Shown here: in pieces, positions 46,540 through 56,224 of the stretch
Position numbering within the stretch: the stretch's first letter is position 1
Layout of the letters: each line of letters opens with the position of its first letter
Assembly: GCA_035692185.1 (NCBI GenBank)
Contig: DASSIE010000023.1
Coordinates: forward strand, 8,259-72,258
Source: Patescibacteria group bacterium
GTDB taxonomy: Bacteria; Patescibacteriota; Microgenomatia; UBA8517
Length of the DNA: 64,000 bases
Direction of reading: 5' to 3'
Position numbers and translations under genes: made by a program
Notes under the pieces: model-generated
The model's input: only the letters and a program-made list of their open reading frames with translations
Database searches by the model: none
What the model was told of the DNA's origin: nothing

Positions 46540-48645
46540 ATGTCTAAGAAACACCACAAAAGAAGAATAGATAAAAGAGGCTTTAAATTAAAACTTAAAA
46601 AAGAAACTGCATTTTCAATATCTAGAATATTCTTTTTTGCTCTCGCCGGACTTATATTGATTTCATTTTCCCGCCAAGGGGCAATACTTCTTAAATTAAA
46701 CGACCTGTTAATTACTTATTTTTCTTGGTCTGCAATTTTCCTACCATTTATATTTTTATCTTTTGCTTTTTTGGTTTCTAAATCTAAATTTATTTTAGGT
46801 CAGCCCAATGTTATTGTCGGGGGACTTTTGTTCTTTATCTCTGTAATGTCACTAGGACGTGCTGGTGTTTTAGGAGTCACTTCCTGGGAAGGAATTTCAG
46901 CATTAATTACAGGAGTTGGTGCGGCATTGGTTTTAGTGGGAACTGCACTAGTAGGTCTAATTATCCTTTTTAATACATCAATCGACCAAGTTTTTAAGTA
47001 TATTTCCTCCATGTTTAAAAGTGCCGGGGGTTATGTTTATTCAGGCAACACCATAAAAATGGGAGGAGCTTTTTCTAAATCCCCATTAAAAGTTTCTGGA
47101 GGGTTTCAGCAACCAACCCCAACTGCAAATAGGCCAGTAATGGAATCACCCAAAGAACCACTTGAACAAAAACTGGTTAGCAATGTCCCAGGGGAGGAAG
47201 CAATTTGGAAATATCCATCAATCGACCTATTGTCTGAGGCTGAAAATGGTAAAGCAGACAGGGGGGATATTAAGGGTAATGCCGGAATTATAGAAAAAAC
47301 TCTTGAGTCCTTTGGAATTACTGCTCGTGTAGTTGAGGTTAATTTAGGCCCCGCCGTAACCCAATATGCAATTGAAGTTGCTCTCGGCACAAAATTAAGT
47401 AAAATCACTGGTCTTGAGCGCGATCTGGCCCTAGCTCTCTCCGCTCCCACCGGGACTATCAGAATAGAAGCCCCAATCCCGGGCCGAAACTTAGTTGGAA
47501 TAGAACTTCCTAACCGTGGAGCTGAGTTTGTAAATTTGAAAAAGATGATGGAATCAGAAACTATGCTTGGTATGAAGTCCAAACTTGCTGTTGCACTCGG
47601 ATTTGATGTCAGCGGTAAGCCAATTGTTGCCGACATTGCCAAAATGCCACACGTACTTATTGCAGGTCAAACCGGAAGCGGAAAGTCGGTTTGCATTAAC
47701 GTATTTTTGGCTTCAATTCTATTTCGCGCCGCTCCTACTGAAGTGAAACTTATTTTGGTTGATCCTAAGCGCGTCGAACTTACGGGATATAATGGTATAC
47801 CACATTTATTGTCTCCAGTGATAGTTGAGCCTGAAAAAGTAATTTCGGCCTTAAGATGGGTAATGGCCGAGATGGACAGAAGATACAAACTCTTTGCAGA
47901 AGGTGGAGCAAGAAATATCGATTCATACAACGAAATGTCTGGTTTTCAGGCATTACCTTATATCGTTTTAGTAATAGATGAGTTGGCCGACATTATGCTT
48001 TTTGCACCGGTCGAGGTTGAGGATGCAATTACCCGTATTGCTCAAATGAGCCGTGCTACTGGAATTCATATGGTACTAGCTACCCAAAGACCGTCGGTTG
48101 ATGTTATTACAGGTTTAATTAAGGCCAACGTTCCAAGTCGCATTGCTTTTGCTGTTTCTTCCCAAATCGATTCAAGAGTTATATTAGATACTCAAGGAGC
48201 CGAGAAGCTACTCGGCAAAGGGGATATGCTTTATATGCCTCCAGAACAGGCCAAACCACTTAGAATTCAGGGAGCTTTTGTTAACGACAAAGAAATAAAT
48301 GCATTGGTTTCTTTCCTTAAGAATCAAGGTATTCCAGTGCAATATACAGATGAAGTTACAACAATGAGCAAGGCTGGATCAGTTTCTGTTCCAGGAATGG
48401 TGGGGGACATTGATAATTTATTTAAAGAAGCTGTAAAAGTCGTTTGCCAATACGATAGAGCAAGCGCCTCGCTTCTTCAAAGGCGACTTTCAATAGGCTA
48501 CGCAAGAGCCGCAAGAATTGTGGATCAATTGGAAGCAACAGGGGTAATTGCCACAAGCGACGGAAGCAGTAAGCCAAGAGAAGTTTTAGTTCAAAATGCC
48601 GAAGAATTTTTAGCTACTCTTGGGAACCCTCCTGCCCAGCCTTAA
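46540..48645 (+). CDS. ftsK: DNA translocase FtsK/SpoIIIE
   Basis: N-terminal TM helices, motor domain (LIAGQTGSGKSV, LVIDELAD, ATQRPSVDV), and a gamma domain. Confidence 0.85.
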   Translation: MSKKHHKRRIDKRGFKLKLKKETAFSISRIFFFALAGLILISFSRQGAILLKLNDLLITYFSWSAIFLPFIFLSFAFLVSKSKFILGQPNVIVGGLLFFISVMSLGRAGVLGVTSWEGISALITGVGAALVLVGTALVGLIILFNTSIDQVFKYISSMFKSAGGYVYSGNTIKMGGAFSKSPLKVSGGFQQPTPTANRPVMESPKEPLEQKLVSNVPGEEAIWKYPSIDLLSEAENGKADRGDIKGNAGIIEKTLESFGITARVVEVNLGPAVTQYAIEVALGTKLSKITGLERDLALALSAPTGTIRIEAPIPGRNLVGIELPNRGAEFVNLKKMMESETMLGMKSKLAVALGFDVSGKPIVADIAKMPHVLIAGQTGSGKSVCINVFLASILFRAAPTEVKLILVDPKRVELTGYNGIPHLLSPVIVEPEKVISALRWVMAEMDRRYKLFAEGGARNIDSYNEMSGFQALPYIVLVIDELADIMLFAPVEVEDAITRIAQMSRATGIHMVLATQRPSVDVITGLIKANVPSRIAFAVSSQIDSRVILDTQGAEKLLGKGDMLYMPPEQAKPLRIQGAFVNDKEINALVSFLKNQGIPVQYTDEVTTMSKAGSVSVPGMVGDIDNLFKEAVKVVCQYDRASASLLQRRLSIGYARAARIVDQLEATGVIATSDGSSKPREVLVQNAEEFLATLGNPPAQP

Positions 48646-48658
48646 TTTATCAAACTAT

Positions 48659-49285
48659 ATGAAGACAATCGGCCAGTTATTAAAATATGCACGCGACAAT
48701 AAAGGCTATTCCTTAAGGAGGATTGAAGATATTACCAAGATTAAAGCATCATTTATTGATGCTATTGAAAAAGAAAAATGGGAAAATTTACCCCCTTTCC
48801 CAACAATTTTGGGATTTGTCAAAAGTATTTCGACAGCTCTTAACATTGATGAAAAAATGACGGTCGCGATACTTAAACGTGATTATCCACCAAAGAAGTT
48901 AAATATTAACCCCAAACCAGATGTCGCCTCAAAGTTTAGCTGGAGTCCAAAATTAACATTTGCAGTCGGAATTGGAGTATTTTTATTCTTTATTTTCGGT
49001 TATCTATTTTTCCAATATGCAAAGTCAATTTCCGCACCAAGCTTGGAGGTTGAAAGTCCAAAAGATGGGCAGATAATTGTTGGGAATTCAGTTTTAGTTT
49101 TTGGCAAGACAGATTTGGATGCCAAAATTGTTATTAACAATCAACCAATAATAATAGATGAAAATGGAAAATTTTCAGTTAGTATTGAGGTAGTGCCTAG
49201 TACAAAAGAAATTGATGTTGTGGCAACCAGTAGGTCTGGTAAAATAACAGAAGTGAAGAGACAGATACTAGTTACTAGCAACTAG
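48659..49285 (+). CDS. RodZ-like HTH (XRE) membrane protein
   Basis: MKTIGQLLKYARDNKGYSLRRIEDITKIKASFIDAIE is an HTH motif. A single TM helix and a C-terminal beta domain follow. Confidence 0.45.
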   Translation: MKTIGQLLKYARDNKGYSLRRIEDITKIKASFIDAIEKEKWENLPPFPTILGFVKSISTALNIDEKMTVAILKRDYPPKKLNINPKPDVASKFSWSPKLTFAVGIGVFLFFIFGYLFFQYAKSISAPSLEVESPKDGQIIVGNSVLVFGKTDLDAKIVINNQPIIIDENGKFSVSIEVVPSTKEIDVVATSRSGKITEVKRQILVTSN

Positions 49286-49305
49286 ATACTAGATTCTAAA
49301 AAAAT

Positions 49306-49539
49306 ATGGATAACATTCAAACACTTTTAGTAATTGTTGTAATTAGTTTAACTTTTCTTCTTGTTGTTGTTGGAGTACAAGTAATGCTTATTATCATTGA
49401 TTTAAGGAAGGCAATTAAGAGATTAAATAGCATTCTTGAGGATTCTATTTTGGGCGGGGGTTTAATCCGACCCGAGAAACTAACTTCAGTTATGGAGATC
49501 TTACGCAAAAACAAACGCCTCGAAACTCACGGAGGTTAA
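49306..49539 (+). CDS. Small membrane protein
   Basis: 77 aa. N-terminal TM helix and a charged tail. Confidence 0.25.
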   Translation: MDNIQTLLVIVVISLTFLLVVVGVQVMLIIIDLRKAIKRLNSILEDSILGGGLIRPEKLTSVMEILRKNKRLETHGG

Positions 49540-49573
49540 CAATTAAGCTTGCTCCTGTTATACTTTAGCCACA

Positions 49574-51370
49574 ATGACAACATCTGACATCAGAAAAAAA
49601 TATATTGAGTTTTTTGTTAAACGTGGACATAAAGAAATTGCTCCCTCCCCTTTGATTTTAGAAAACGACCCGACAACTTTATTTACTTCAAGCGGTATGC
49701 AACAGATGGTGCCATATCTCAAAGGGGAAAAACACGATTTGGGAACCAGGCTTGTTGATTCGCAACCATCCCTCCGTATGCAGGATTTGGAAGAAGTTGG
49801 GGATAACAGACATACTACTTTTTTTGAAATGTTAGGTAACTGGAGTTTAGGGGATTATTTTAAGGAAGAACAGCTTAAATGGGTTTGGGAGTTTTTTACA
49901 AAAGAACTAGGACTCAACTCAAAACATTTGCATGTTACTGTCTTTGTGGGCAACGATGACGTTCCAAAAGACACTGAGACCTTCGGTCTGTGGAAAAAAA
50001 TAGGACTTCCAGAAGGTCATATTCATTTCTATGACGCCACAAAAAATTGGTGGAGCAGGGCAGGAACGCCAGATAAAATGCCGGTTGGCGAAATTGGTGG
50101 GCCAGACAGTGAAATATTTTTTGAATTTGAGAATATACCTCACAATCCAGATTTTGGTAAATTTTGTCATCCAAATTGTGATTGTGGTAAGTTTTTGGAA
50201 ATTGGTAACTCCGTTTTTATGCAGTACAAAAAAGAAGAAGATGGAAGTTTAAAAGAACTTCCACAAAAAAATGTTGATTTTGGTGGAGGTTTGGAGAGAA
50301 TTGTGGCAGCTTTAAACAACGACCCGGATGTTTTTAGAATTGATATTTTTTCTGGTATTTTAAGAAAAATTGAAAAAGAGGCTGGTTTAAATTACGGATC
50401 TAATTCTAAAAAAGATAAATCGTTTAGGATTATTGCAGACCACTTAAGGGCATCATGCAATTTATTAGCAGAAGGGGTGTTCCCATCAAATAAACTTCAA
50501 GGATATGCTCTAAGGCGTTTAATTAGGAGGGCCATGTTTCATTTTCATCTACTCGGAAGCGGAATTAGTGGTACTGCCGTTGCCACGGTTGCCTCCGACC
50601 TCAAAAACAATTATCCAAATATAAAGAAAAATTGGGAGTTTATAGAAGAAAATTTAACTTCGGAGGCTACAAAATTCGAACTTGCACTAAAACGCGGACT
50701 TGCGAAATTAACTTCTGCGGTTGCCAAAGCTGAAAAAATCGATGGCAAATTTGCTTTTGATCTTTTCCAGAACGATGGATTTCCCTTGGAACTTACGATG
50801 GAAATTTTATCTCAAAATGGGATGAAATTTGATGAAAAACAGAAGAATGCCTTTCAAAATGAGTTTGAAAGGCACAAAGAAAACTCAAGAAGTATGTCAG
50901 CGGGACTATTTAAAGGTGGACTGGAAAGCAAAAGTGATGAGACGATAACTAAGCTTCATACTGCAACACATTTACTTCATGCCTCCCTTAGGAAAATTTT
51001 AGGTGAACATGTTTCCCAAAAAGGGAGCCATATTACAAATGAAAGACTGAGATTTGATTTTTCTCACCCCAATAAATTAAATGAAGATGAACTTAAGCAA
51101 GTTGAAGATCTTATGAATGATCAAATAAAAAAAGATTTGCCGGTGAGCTTTGAAACAACAACGCTGGACGATGCAATCAAAAAAGGAGCACTACATTTTT
51201 TTGCAGAGAAGTATGGAAAGGAAGTAAAGGTGTACTCGATCGGAGATTTTTCAAAAGAAATATGTGGTGGCCCACACGTGGAACACACCAATGTGATTGG
51301 ACGTGTTAAGATTATTAAGCAAGAAAAGATAGGATCCGGTGTTGTTAGACTTTATGTAAGTCTAACTTAA
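49574..51370 (+). CDS. alaS: Alanyl-tRNA synthetase (catalytic + editing domains; C-terminal C-Ala domain absent)
   Basis: Class II core (FTSSGMQQ, WSLGDYF), the editing-site motif HTATHLLHASLRKILGEHVSQKGSHI, and CGGPH. 598 aa. Confidence 0.85.
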   Translation: MTTSDIRKKYIEFFVKRGHKEIAPSPLILENDPTTLFTSSGMQQMVPYLKGEKHDLGTRLVDSQPSLRMQDLEEVGDNRHTTFFEMLGNWSLGDYFKEEQLKWVWEFFTKELGLNSKHLHVTVFVGNDDVPKDTETFGLWKKIGLPEGHIHFYDATKNWWSRAGTPDKMPVGEIGGPDSEIFFEFENIPHNPDFGKFCHPNCDCGKFLEIGNSVFMQYKKEEDGSLKELPQKNVDFGGGLERIVAALNNDPDVFRIDIFSGILRKIEKEAGLNYGSNSKKDKSFRIIADHLRASCNLLAEGVFPSNKLQGYALRRLIRRAMFHFHLLGSGISGTAVATVASDLKNNYPNIKKNWEFIEENLTSEATKFELALKRGLAKLTSAVAKAEKIDGKFAFDLFQNDGFPLELTMEILSQNGMKFDEKQKNAFQNEFERHKENSRSMSAGLFKGGLESKSDETITKLHTATHLLHASLRKILGEHVSQKGSHITNERLRFDFSHPNKLNEDELKQVEDLMNDQIKKDLPVSFETTTLDDAIKKGALHFFAEKYGKEVKVYSIGDFSKEICGGPHVEHTNVIGRVKIIKQEKIGSGVVRLYVSLT

Positions 51371-51480
51371 ATTCGAAATTCGAATATCGAAACTCGAAAC
51401 AATAAATAAACAAAGAATTTAGGATTTAGAAATTTGAATTTGTTTAGGATTTTGTATTTCGTGCTTCGAGTTTAATATAT
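51371..51480 (+). repeat. Intergenic repeat, copy 4 (between alaS and the FtsA-like gene)
   Basis: AAATTCGAAATTCGAATATCGAAACTCGAAACAATA...TTGAATTTGTTTAGGATTTTGTATTTCGTGCTTCGAGTTT. Contains an exact 19-mer shared with copy 1. Confidence 0.45.
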
Positions 51481-53697
51481 ATGAACCTCAAAGACTTTCT
51501 ACCAAATAAAGAAAAGTCCCCAGAACTTTTTTGGTCTTTGGTTATTGAGCAAGGGTGGGTTCAAGCGGGAATTTGGTACATTGGCGAACCTTCTGCGGAA
51601 GTTGTTAGTATTGGCCCAGGAACAGTATGGGAAACACCTGATGAATTAATAGACGCGGTTGACGCTGCACTTTCCTCCGCCGTCCAAAAATTACCAGAAC
51701 ACTACACCGAACCTACTAAAACTGTTTTTGGAGTTACCTCCAGTTGGGTTAAAGATGGAGAAATAACCGAGGAAAAACTCACAGTTATTAAAAAGATCTG
51801 TGCAGATCTTTCTCTTACCCCGGTGGGATTCGTTGTTTTATCGGAAGCTATCGCCCACCTATATAAATCAGAAGAGGGATCACCCCTAAGCGCAATTATT
51901 TTAGGACTTGGAAAAGATACTTTAGAGATTTCAGTATTCCAAATGGGGAATTTAGTTGGGACAACACAAGTAGCAAAAAGCGTCTCTTTAATAGATGACG
52001 TTAAAGAAGGTCTAACCAGATTTGATGGGGCCTCACCCCTGCCGTCCCGATTTGTAGTTTATGATGGAAAAGGTGGCGAGCTAGCTGAGGCCAAAGAAAC
52101 TCTAATGCAGGAAGTTTGGGAAGACTCTCAGGGGGATGCAAGCACAAAGGGTGTAAAGTTTTTACACACCCCAAAAGCAGAAATTCTTGTAACAGATAGA
52201 AAAGTATTGGCTACAAGTTTGGCCGGCGCGAACGAAATTGGTAATGTAGCCTTTATAAAGTCAAACGAGTCCCCGGTTGAAGAAATAGTTGCCGAATCTG
52301 TTGCGAATGACAAAGATTTAACTCAAGAAACTACTAGTGCTGAAGATTTAGGTTTTGCACTTGGACAAGATGTTACGCTTAACACCCCAAATGTTGAGAA
52401 CGTTGTTCAAATACCACAACCACAAGCCCAGCGTGTGATGCAACAAGAAGCATATGGAACTCAGTTTAATACTGAATCAAAAGCCAGTGAGTATTTTCAA
52501 AAAACAAAAAACATATTTCATAATTTTTCTCACAAAATTTTTTCAAGACAAAACACCCCCCCAACCGGCAAGAAGCCATTAATTGCGTTCGGAGCCATTT
52601 TGGGAATCATTTTAATTGCTGGATTTTTAAGTTGGTGGTTTTTACCTAAAGCAGATGTAACGATTTATGCCTCCCCAAAGGCGTTTCAGCAAGAAGTGGA
52701 GGTTACATTTAACACAAATGGTGAATTTGACCCCACAAAAGGGATTATTCCTTCTCAGGTTGTAACATCCCAAGTGTCGGGAGATAAAACTAAAACTACA
52801 ACCGGAAAAAAGACAATTGGCGACAAAGCAAAAGGAACAGTACAAATTCAGAATGGCACGGCGTTCCCCATAAACATACAATCTTCAACCTTTTTGGTTT
52901 CTTCTGGAAATTTAAAATTTGCAATGGATTCTTCGGCCTCAGTTTCTGCTGCGCTTTCACCCACCTCACCAGGCACAACTGTTGTTTCGGTTACAGCAGA
53001 CTTAATTGGTTCCGGATACAACCTAGCAAAAGGTGAAGTTTTTAAGATTGGCAATTATCCAAAAGCAGAGGTTGATGGAACATCAACGGCAGACTTCTCG
53101 GGTGGAAGTAGCCAGGAAATCGCGGCCGTAGGTAAGGAGGATCAAACAGCACTTGTGACCCAATTAGAAGATGAATTGACACAAAAAGTAAAAGCTGATT
53201 TACTTGGAAAAGTCTCTGAAGGGTCCATTTTTATTGATGATTTAGCGGGTCTTAATAACATTTCTGAAACTTTTGATCACAAAATTGGGGATGAAGCTAG
53301 TAGCTTAAAACTTTCTCTAAAAGTTGAAGCAAAGGCAGTTATGGCAGATAAAACTAAACTCTTGGAATACGCTAGGGGGATTTTAAAAGACAAAATTCCA
53401 TCCGGGTTTGTGCTCCGTGACAGCCAAATAGATTTTAAATTTGTATTTATAGATGAAGAAGATGGCAACTTTAACTATAGATTAGTAGTTAGTGCAAACT
53501 TTTTACCAGAAATTAGTACAAACAATCTTATAAAACAAATTGCGGGAAAGACTTCAACTGTTGTTGAAAAATACTTGACCAATATCCCTGGGTTTACCAG
53601 GGCAAGTATTGTTCTAAAACCACAGCTCCCTGGTTTTTTGGGGACTCTCCCACATATCCATAAAAACATAACTATTCAGATAACTGCAGAAAAGTAA
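51481..53697 (+). CDS. FtsA/PilM-like actin-fold ATPase domain fused through one TM helix to a ~360 aa extracytoplasmic domain
   Basis: The N-terminal ~330 aa show actin-fold motifs (VGFVVLSEAIAHLY; SAIILGLGKDTLEISVFQMGNLVGTTQV). The TM helix is LIAFGAILGIILIAGFLSWWF. The C-terminal region has no recognisable motifs. Confidence 0.35.
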   Translation: MNLKDFLPNKEKSPELFWSLVIEQGWVQAGIWYIGEPSAEVVSIGPGTVWETPDELIDAVDAALSSAVQKLPEHYTEPTKTVFGVTSSWVKDGEITEEKLTVIKKICADLSLTPVGFVVLSEAIAHLYKSEEGSPLSAIILGLGKDTLEISVFQMGNLVGTTQVAKSVSLIDDVKEGLTRFDGASPLPSRFVVYDGKGGELAEAKETLMQEVWEDSQGDASTKGVKFLHTPKAEILVTDRKVLATSLAGANEIGNVAFIKSNESPVEEIVAESVANDKDLTQETTSAEDLGFALGQDVTLNTPNVENVVQIPQPQAQRVMQQEAYGTQFNTESKASEYFQKTKNIFHNFSHKIFSRQNTPPTGKKPLIAFGAILGIILIAGFLSWWFLPKADVTIYASPKAFQQEVEVTFNTNGEFDPTKGIIPSQVVTSQVSGDKTKTTTGKKTIGDKAKGTVQIQNGTAFPINIQSSTFLVSSGNLKFAMDSSASVSAALSPTSPGTTVVSVTADLIGSGYNLAKGEVFKIGNYPKAEVDGTSTADFSGGSSQEIAAVGKEDQTALVTQLEDELTQKVKADLLGKVSEGSIFIDDLAGLNNISETFDHKIGDEASSLKLSLKVEAKAVMADKTKLLEYARGILKDKIPSGFVLRDSQIDFKFVFIDEEDGNFNYRLVVSANFLPEISTNNLIKQIAGKTSTVVEKYLTNIPGFTRASIVLKPQLPGFLGTLPHIHKNITIQITAEK

Positions 53698-53701
53698 ATT
53701 T

Positions 53702-54379
53702 ATGTCTAGAAAAACAATATTGCGAATCGCAGCATCAATCTCTGGTATTTCCGGAATTATTATTTTGGTTGGGGTAATTTATCCAATAGTCTCATACAAT
53801 TCCACATATACTAAAAATTATACAAAACTTATTTCACCAATCTCTGACACAAAAAAGAATGTAAAAGGAATTACCACAACATCAAAATCAGATTTTACCC
53901 AAGCTTCAAGTTGGTTTCCAAATGGAGCCGACAAAGAAGATTTTAGGTCCTCAAAAGTCGAATACTATACACTTAGTATTCCAAAACTAAGAATTGATAA
54001 AGCGGTTGTAGCTATTGGTGGTGAGGATCTTTCCAAACATATTATTCACTACCCAGGTACTGCACTCCCCGGAAAAAGAGGAAACTCTGCACTTTTTGGC
54101 CATTCAATTCTTCCCATTTTATATAATCCCAAAAACTCCATTTCAGTTTTTTCACTTTTACCAACTCTTAAAAAAGGGGACGAAATTTTTATAGACTATG
54201 ATGGAATTTCATATACATACCAAGTTGAATCAATGTTTGAGGTAATGCCTACAGATATTCAGGTTTTAGATCAAGATTCTTCTGATTCCTTCTTAACCTT
54301 GGTTACCTGTGTTCCACCAGGGGATCCAGGGAACCCAAAAAGACTTATCGTAAGGGCACGTGTGGTTCCACCCCAATAG
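53702..54379 (+). CDS. Sortase family transpeptidase
   Basis: N-terminal TM anchor, LFGHS (catalytic His), FLTLVTCVP (TLxTC Cys), and LIVRARVV (Arg). Confidence 0.65.
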   Translation: MSRKTILRIAASISGISGIIILVGVIYPIVSYNSTYTKNYTKLISPISDTKKNVKGITTTSKSDFTQASSWFPNGADKEDFRSSKVEYYTLSIPKLRIDKAVVAIGGEDLSKHIIHYPGTALPGKRGNSALFGHSILPILYNPKNSISVFSLLPTLKKGDEIFIDYDGISYTYQVESMFEVMPTDIQVLDQDSSDSFLTLVTCVPPGDPGNPKRLIVRARVVPPQ

Positions 54380-54433
54380 TGACAAGTCAAAGTATTCTCT
54401 TGTATCTTGTTTCCTGTTACTATTAGCGCATAT

Positions 54434-54874
54434 ATGCGCGTACTCGGTATAGATTATGGAAGAGTAAAAATAGGGCTAGCAATTAGTGGTGGCACCCTTT
54501 CCGAACCATTGGAAGTAATTAGATATAAGCAAAGCTTGTTAGGATATCATAAACAGGTGTTGGGGGGCGGAGCTGAGAAAAATATAAAATTACTTTCTGA
54601 GCAACTTAAGCAAATTATAGAAAGAGAGAATATAGAAAAAATAGTTGTGGGAATTTCGGAAGGAGCGATGGGTGTGGAGTCAATGGAATTTAGTGTAAAT
54701 TTAGGCAAAGTTTTAAATACTCCAATAGAAACGTTTGATGAAACACTTTCCACTCGCGATGCCCAAGATTTGTCCCGCGTGGCTGGAATAAATAGAAAAA
54801 AACGCCGAGATATGGAAGATGCTTTTGCCGCCTCAATAATGCTCCAAAATTATTTGGATTCGAATACAGCTTGA
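54434..54874 (+). CDS. ruvX: Holliday-junction resolvase-like YqgF/RuvX
   Basis: MRVLGIDYGRVKIGLAIS ... The track start is TTG at 54407; an ATG lies at 54434. Confidence 0.7.
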   Translation: MRVLGIDYGRVKIGLAISGGTLSEPLEVIRYKQSLLGYHKQVLGGGAEKNIKLLSEQLKQIIERENIEKIVVGISEGAMGVESMEFSVNLGKVLNTPIETFDETLSTRDAQDLSRVAGINRKKRRDMEDAFAASIMLQNYLDSNTA

Positions 54875-54955
54875 TTTAAGTTTATTCATGGTATACTTTG
54901 TATAGAACCTTGTTCAAAACTCGGTAGCCTCGTTTTGAGAGCTACGCTAGGTTAT

Positions 54956-55168
54956 ATGAACAAGTTCATAGATATGTTTAAGAATGTAATAGCTCCAATT
55001 CAGGCTTGGTTAATGAGCCAAGGCAAGTGTGTTGGTTGTGGAACAGATTTATCACAAGGAACAGCTAAAAAAACGAAAACTGGCGAACTTGTTACTTGCA
55101 AAAAATGTGGAAGAATTTTCGTTAAAAAAGATGGAAAATACAGGCGTGCACTTCTTTCTGAAATTTAA
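54956..55168 (+). CDS. Small zinc-ribbon protein
   Basis: CVGCG ... CKKCG (CxxC-x20-CxxC). ATG at 54956. Confidence 0.3.
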   Translation: MNKFIDMFKNVIAPIQAWLMSQGKCVGCGTDLSQGTAKKTKTGELVTCKKCGRIFVKKDGKYRRALLSEI

Positions 55169-55183
55169 TTTTTTTAAATTCCA

Positions 55184-56140
55184 ATGATCAAAAAATTTCT
55201 TCTTTTAATTTTTTTACTCATCGTTTTGATTTCGGGCGGAATATTTTGGTTGTATCAAAACACTAAATCGGTCTCAGCCACCAAAACATTTCAGAATTTC
55301 TTGATTACCAAAGGGCAATCGGGAGCTTCAGTCGCTACTAAACTTCAAAGTGCTGGACTTATTAAAAACGCTTTAGCTTTTAGAATATACGTTCGTTTAA
55401 CTGGACAATCCGGTAAAATTCAGGCAGGTGAGTTTCGTTTGTCGCCTTCTTATTCCCTTTTCCAAACTGTGGATCAGTTATTAAGTGGCCCAATTGAAAT
55501 TTGGGTAACAATTCCGGAAGGTTTAAGAAGAGAAGAAATTGCTGGTAGGTTTGCAACAACTTTAGAGCGCGATCAAACTTTTATTAACGCGTTTTTAGCT
55601 TCATCTAAAGGACAAGAAGGTTATTTATTTCCAGACACTTATCTTTTTGCCAAAGATGCATCAGCTTCAGCCATTGTTAAAAAAATGGCGAATACATTTG
55701 ACGCGAAAGTTGCAAATATTGTGCCTAATGGGACCGCACTTACTCCAAAAGACTTAATTATTTTAGCTTCGATATTGGAAAGAGAAACTAAAACAAACAC
55801 AGAACGGCCAATTGTTGCGGGAATATTAATAAACAGGCTTGAGGCGGGTATGCCACTTCAGGTTGACGCGTCTGTACAATATGCGGTTGGAACTTCTAAA
55901 AACTGGTGGCCGATTTTAACCCGAGCTGACCTAGGTATAAATTCCAAATACAATACTTACAAATTTGCAGGGCTTCCACCATCCCCAATCGCAAGCCCTG
56001 GAATTTCCTCAATTATGGCTAGCTATAATCCGACAGCAAATGATTATTGGTATTACATTCACGACGACTCTGGCCAAATTCATTATGCAAAAACTTTAGA
56101 TGAACATAATGCTAATATTAGAAAATATTTAGGCAAATAA
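55184..56140 (+). CDS. mltG: Endolytic murein transglycosylase MltG (YceG family)
   Basis: N-terminal TM, a LysM-like region, and the YceG core LASILERETKTNTERPIVAGILINRLEAGMPLQVDASVQY. Confidence 0.75.
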   Translation: MIKKFLLLIFLLIVLISGGIFWLYQNTKSVSATKTFQNFLITKGQSGASVATKLQSAGLIKNALAFRIYVRLTGQSGKIQAGEFRLSPSYSLFQTVDQLLSGPIEIWVTIPEGLRREEIAGRFATTLERDQTFINAFLASSKGQEGYLFPDTYLFAKDASASAIVKKMANTFDAKVANIVPNGTALTPKDLIILASILERETKTNTERPIVAGILINRLEAGMPLQVDASVQYAVGTSKNWWPILTRADLGINSKYNTYKFAGLPPSPIASPGISSIMASYNPTANDYWYYIHDDSGQIHYAKTLDEHNANIRKYLGK

Positions 56141-56148
56141 TTACCCTC

Positions 56149-56176
56149 TTGACATAGCCTCAGATTTCACTATAAT
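56149..56176 (+). promoter_or_regulatory. Consensus sigma70 promoter for rpoB-rpoC
   Basis: TTGACA (56149-56154), a 16 nt spacer, then TATAAT (56171-56176). Confidence 0.5.
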
Positions 56177-56224
56177 CCTCCCTAGGCGTACATTAACTGG
56201 TACGCTCGTCCTACTTCTACTAAA

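Noticed and set aside
47106-47642. 178 aa minus-strand ORF inside ftsK
   Set aside because: It sits inside the conserved FtsK motor domain on the opposite strand. Shadow ORF.
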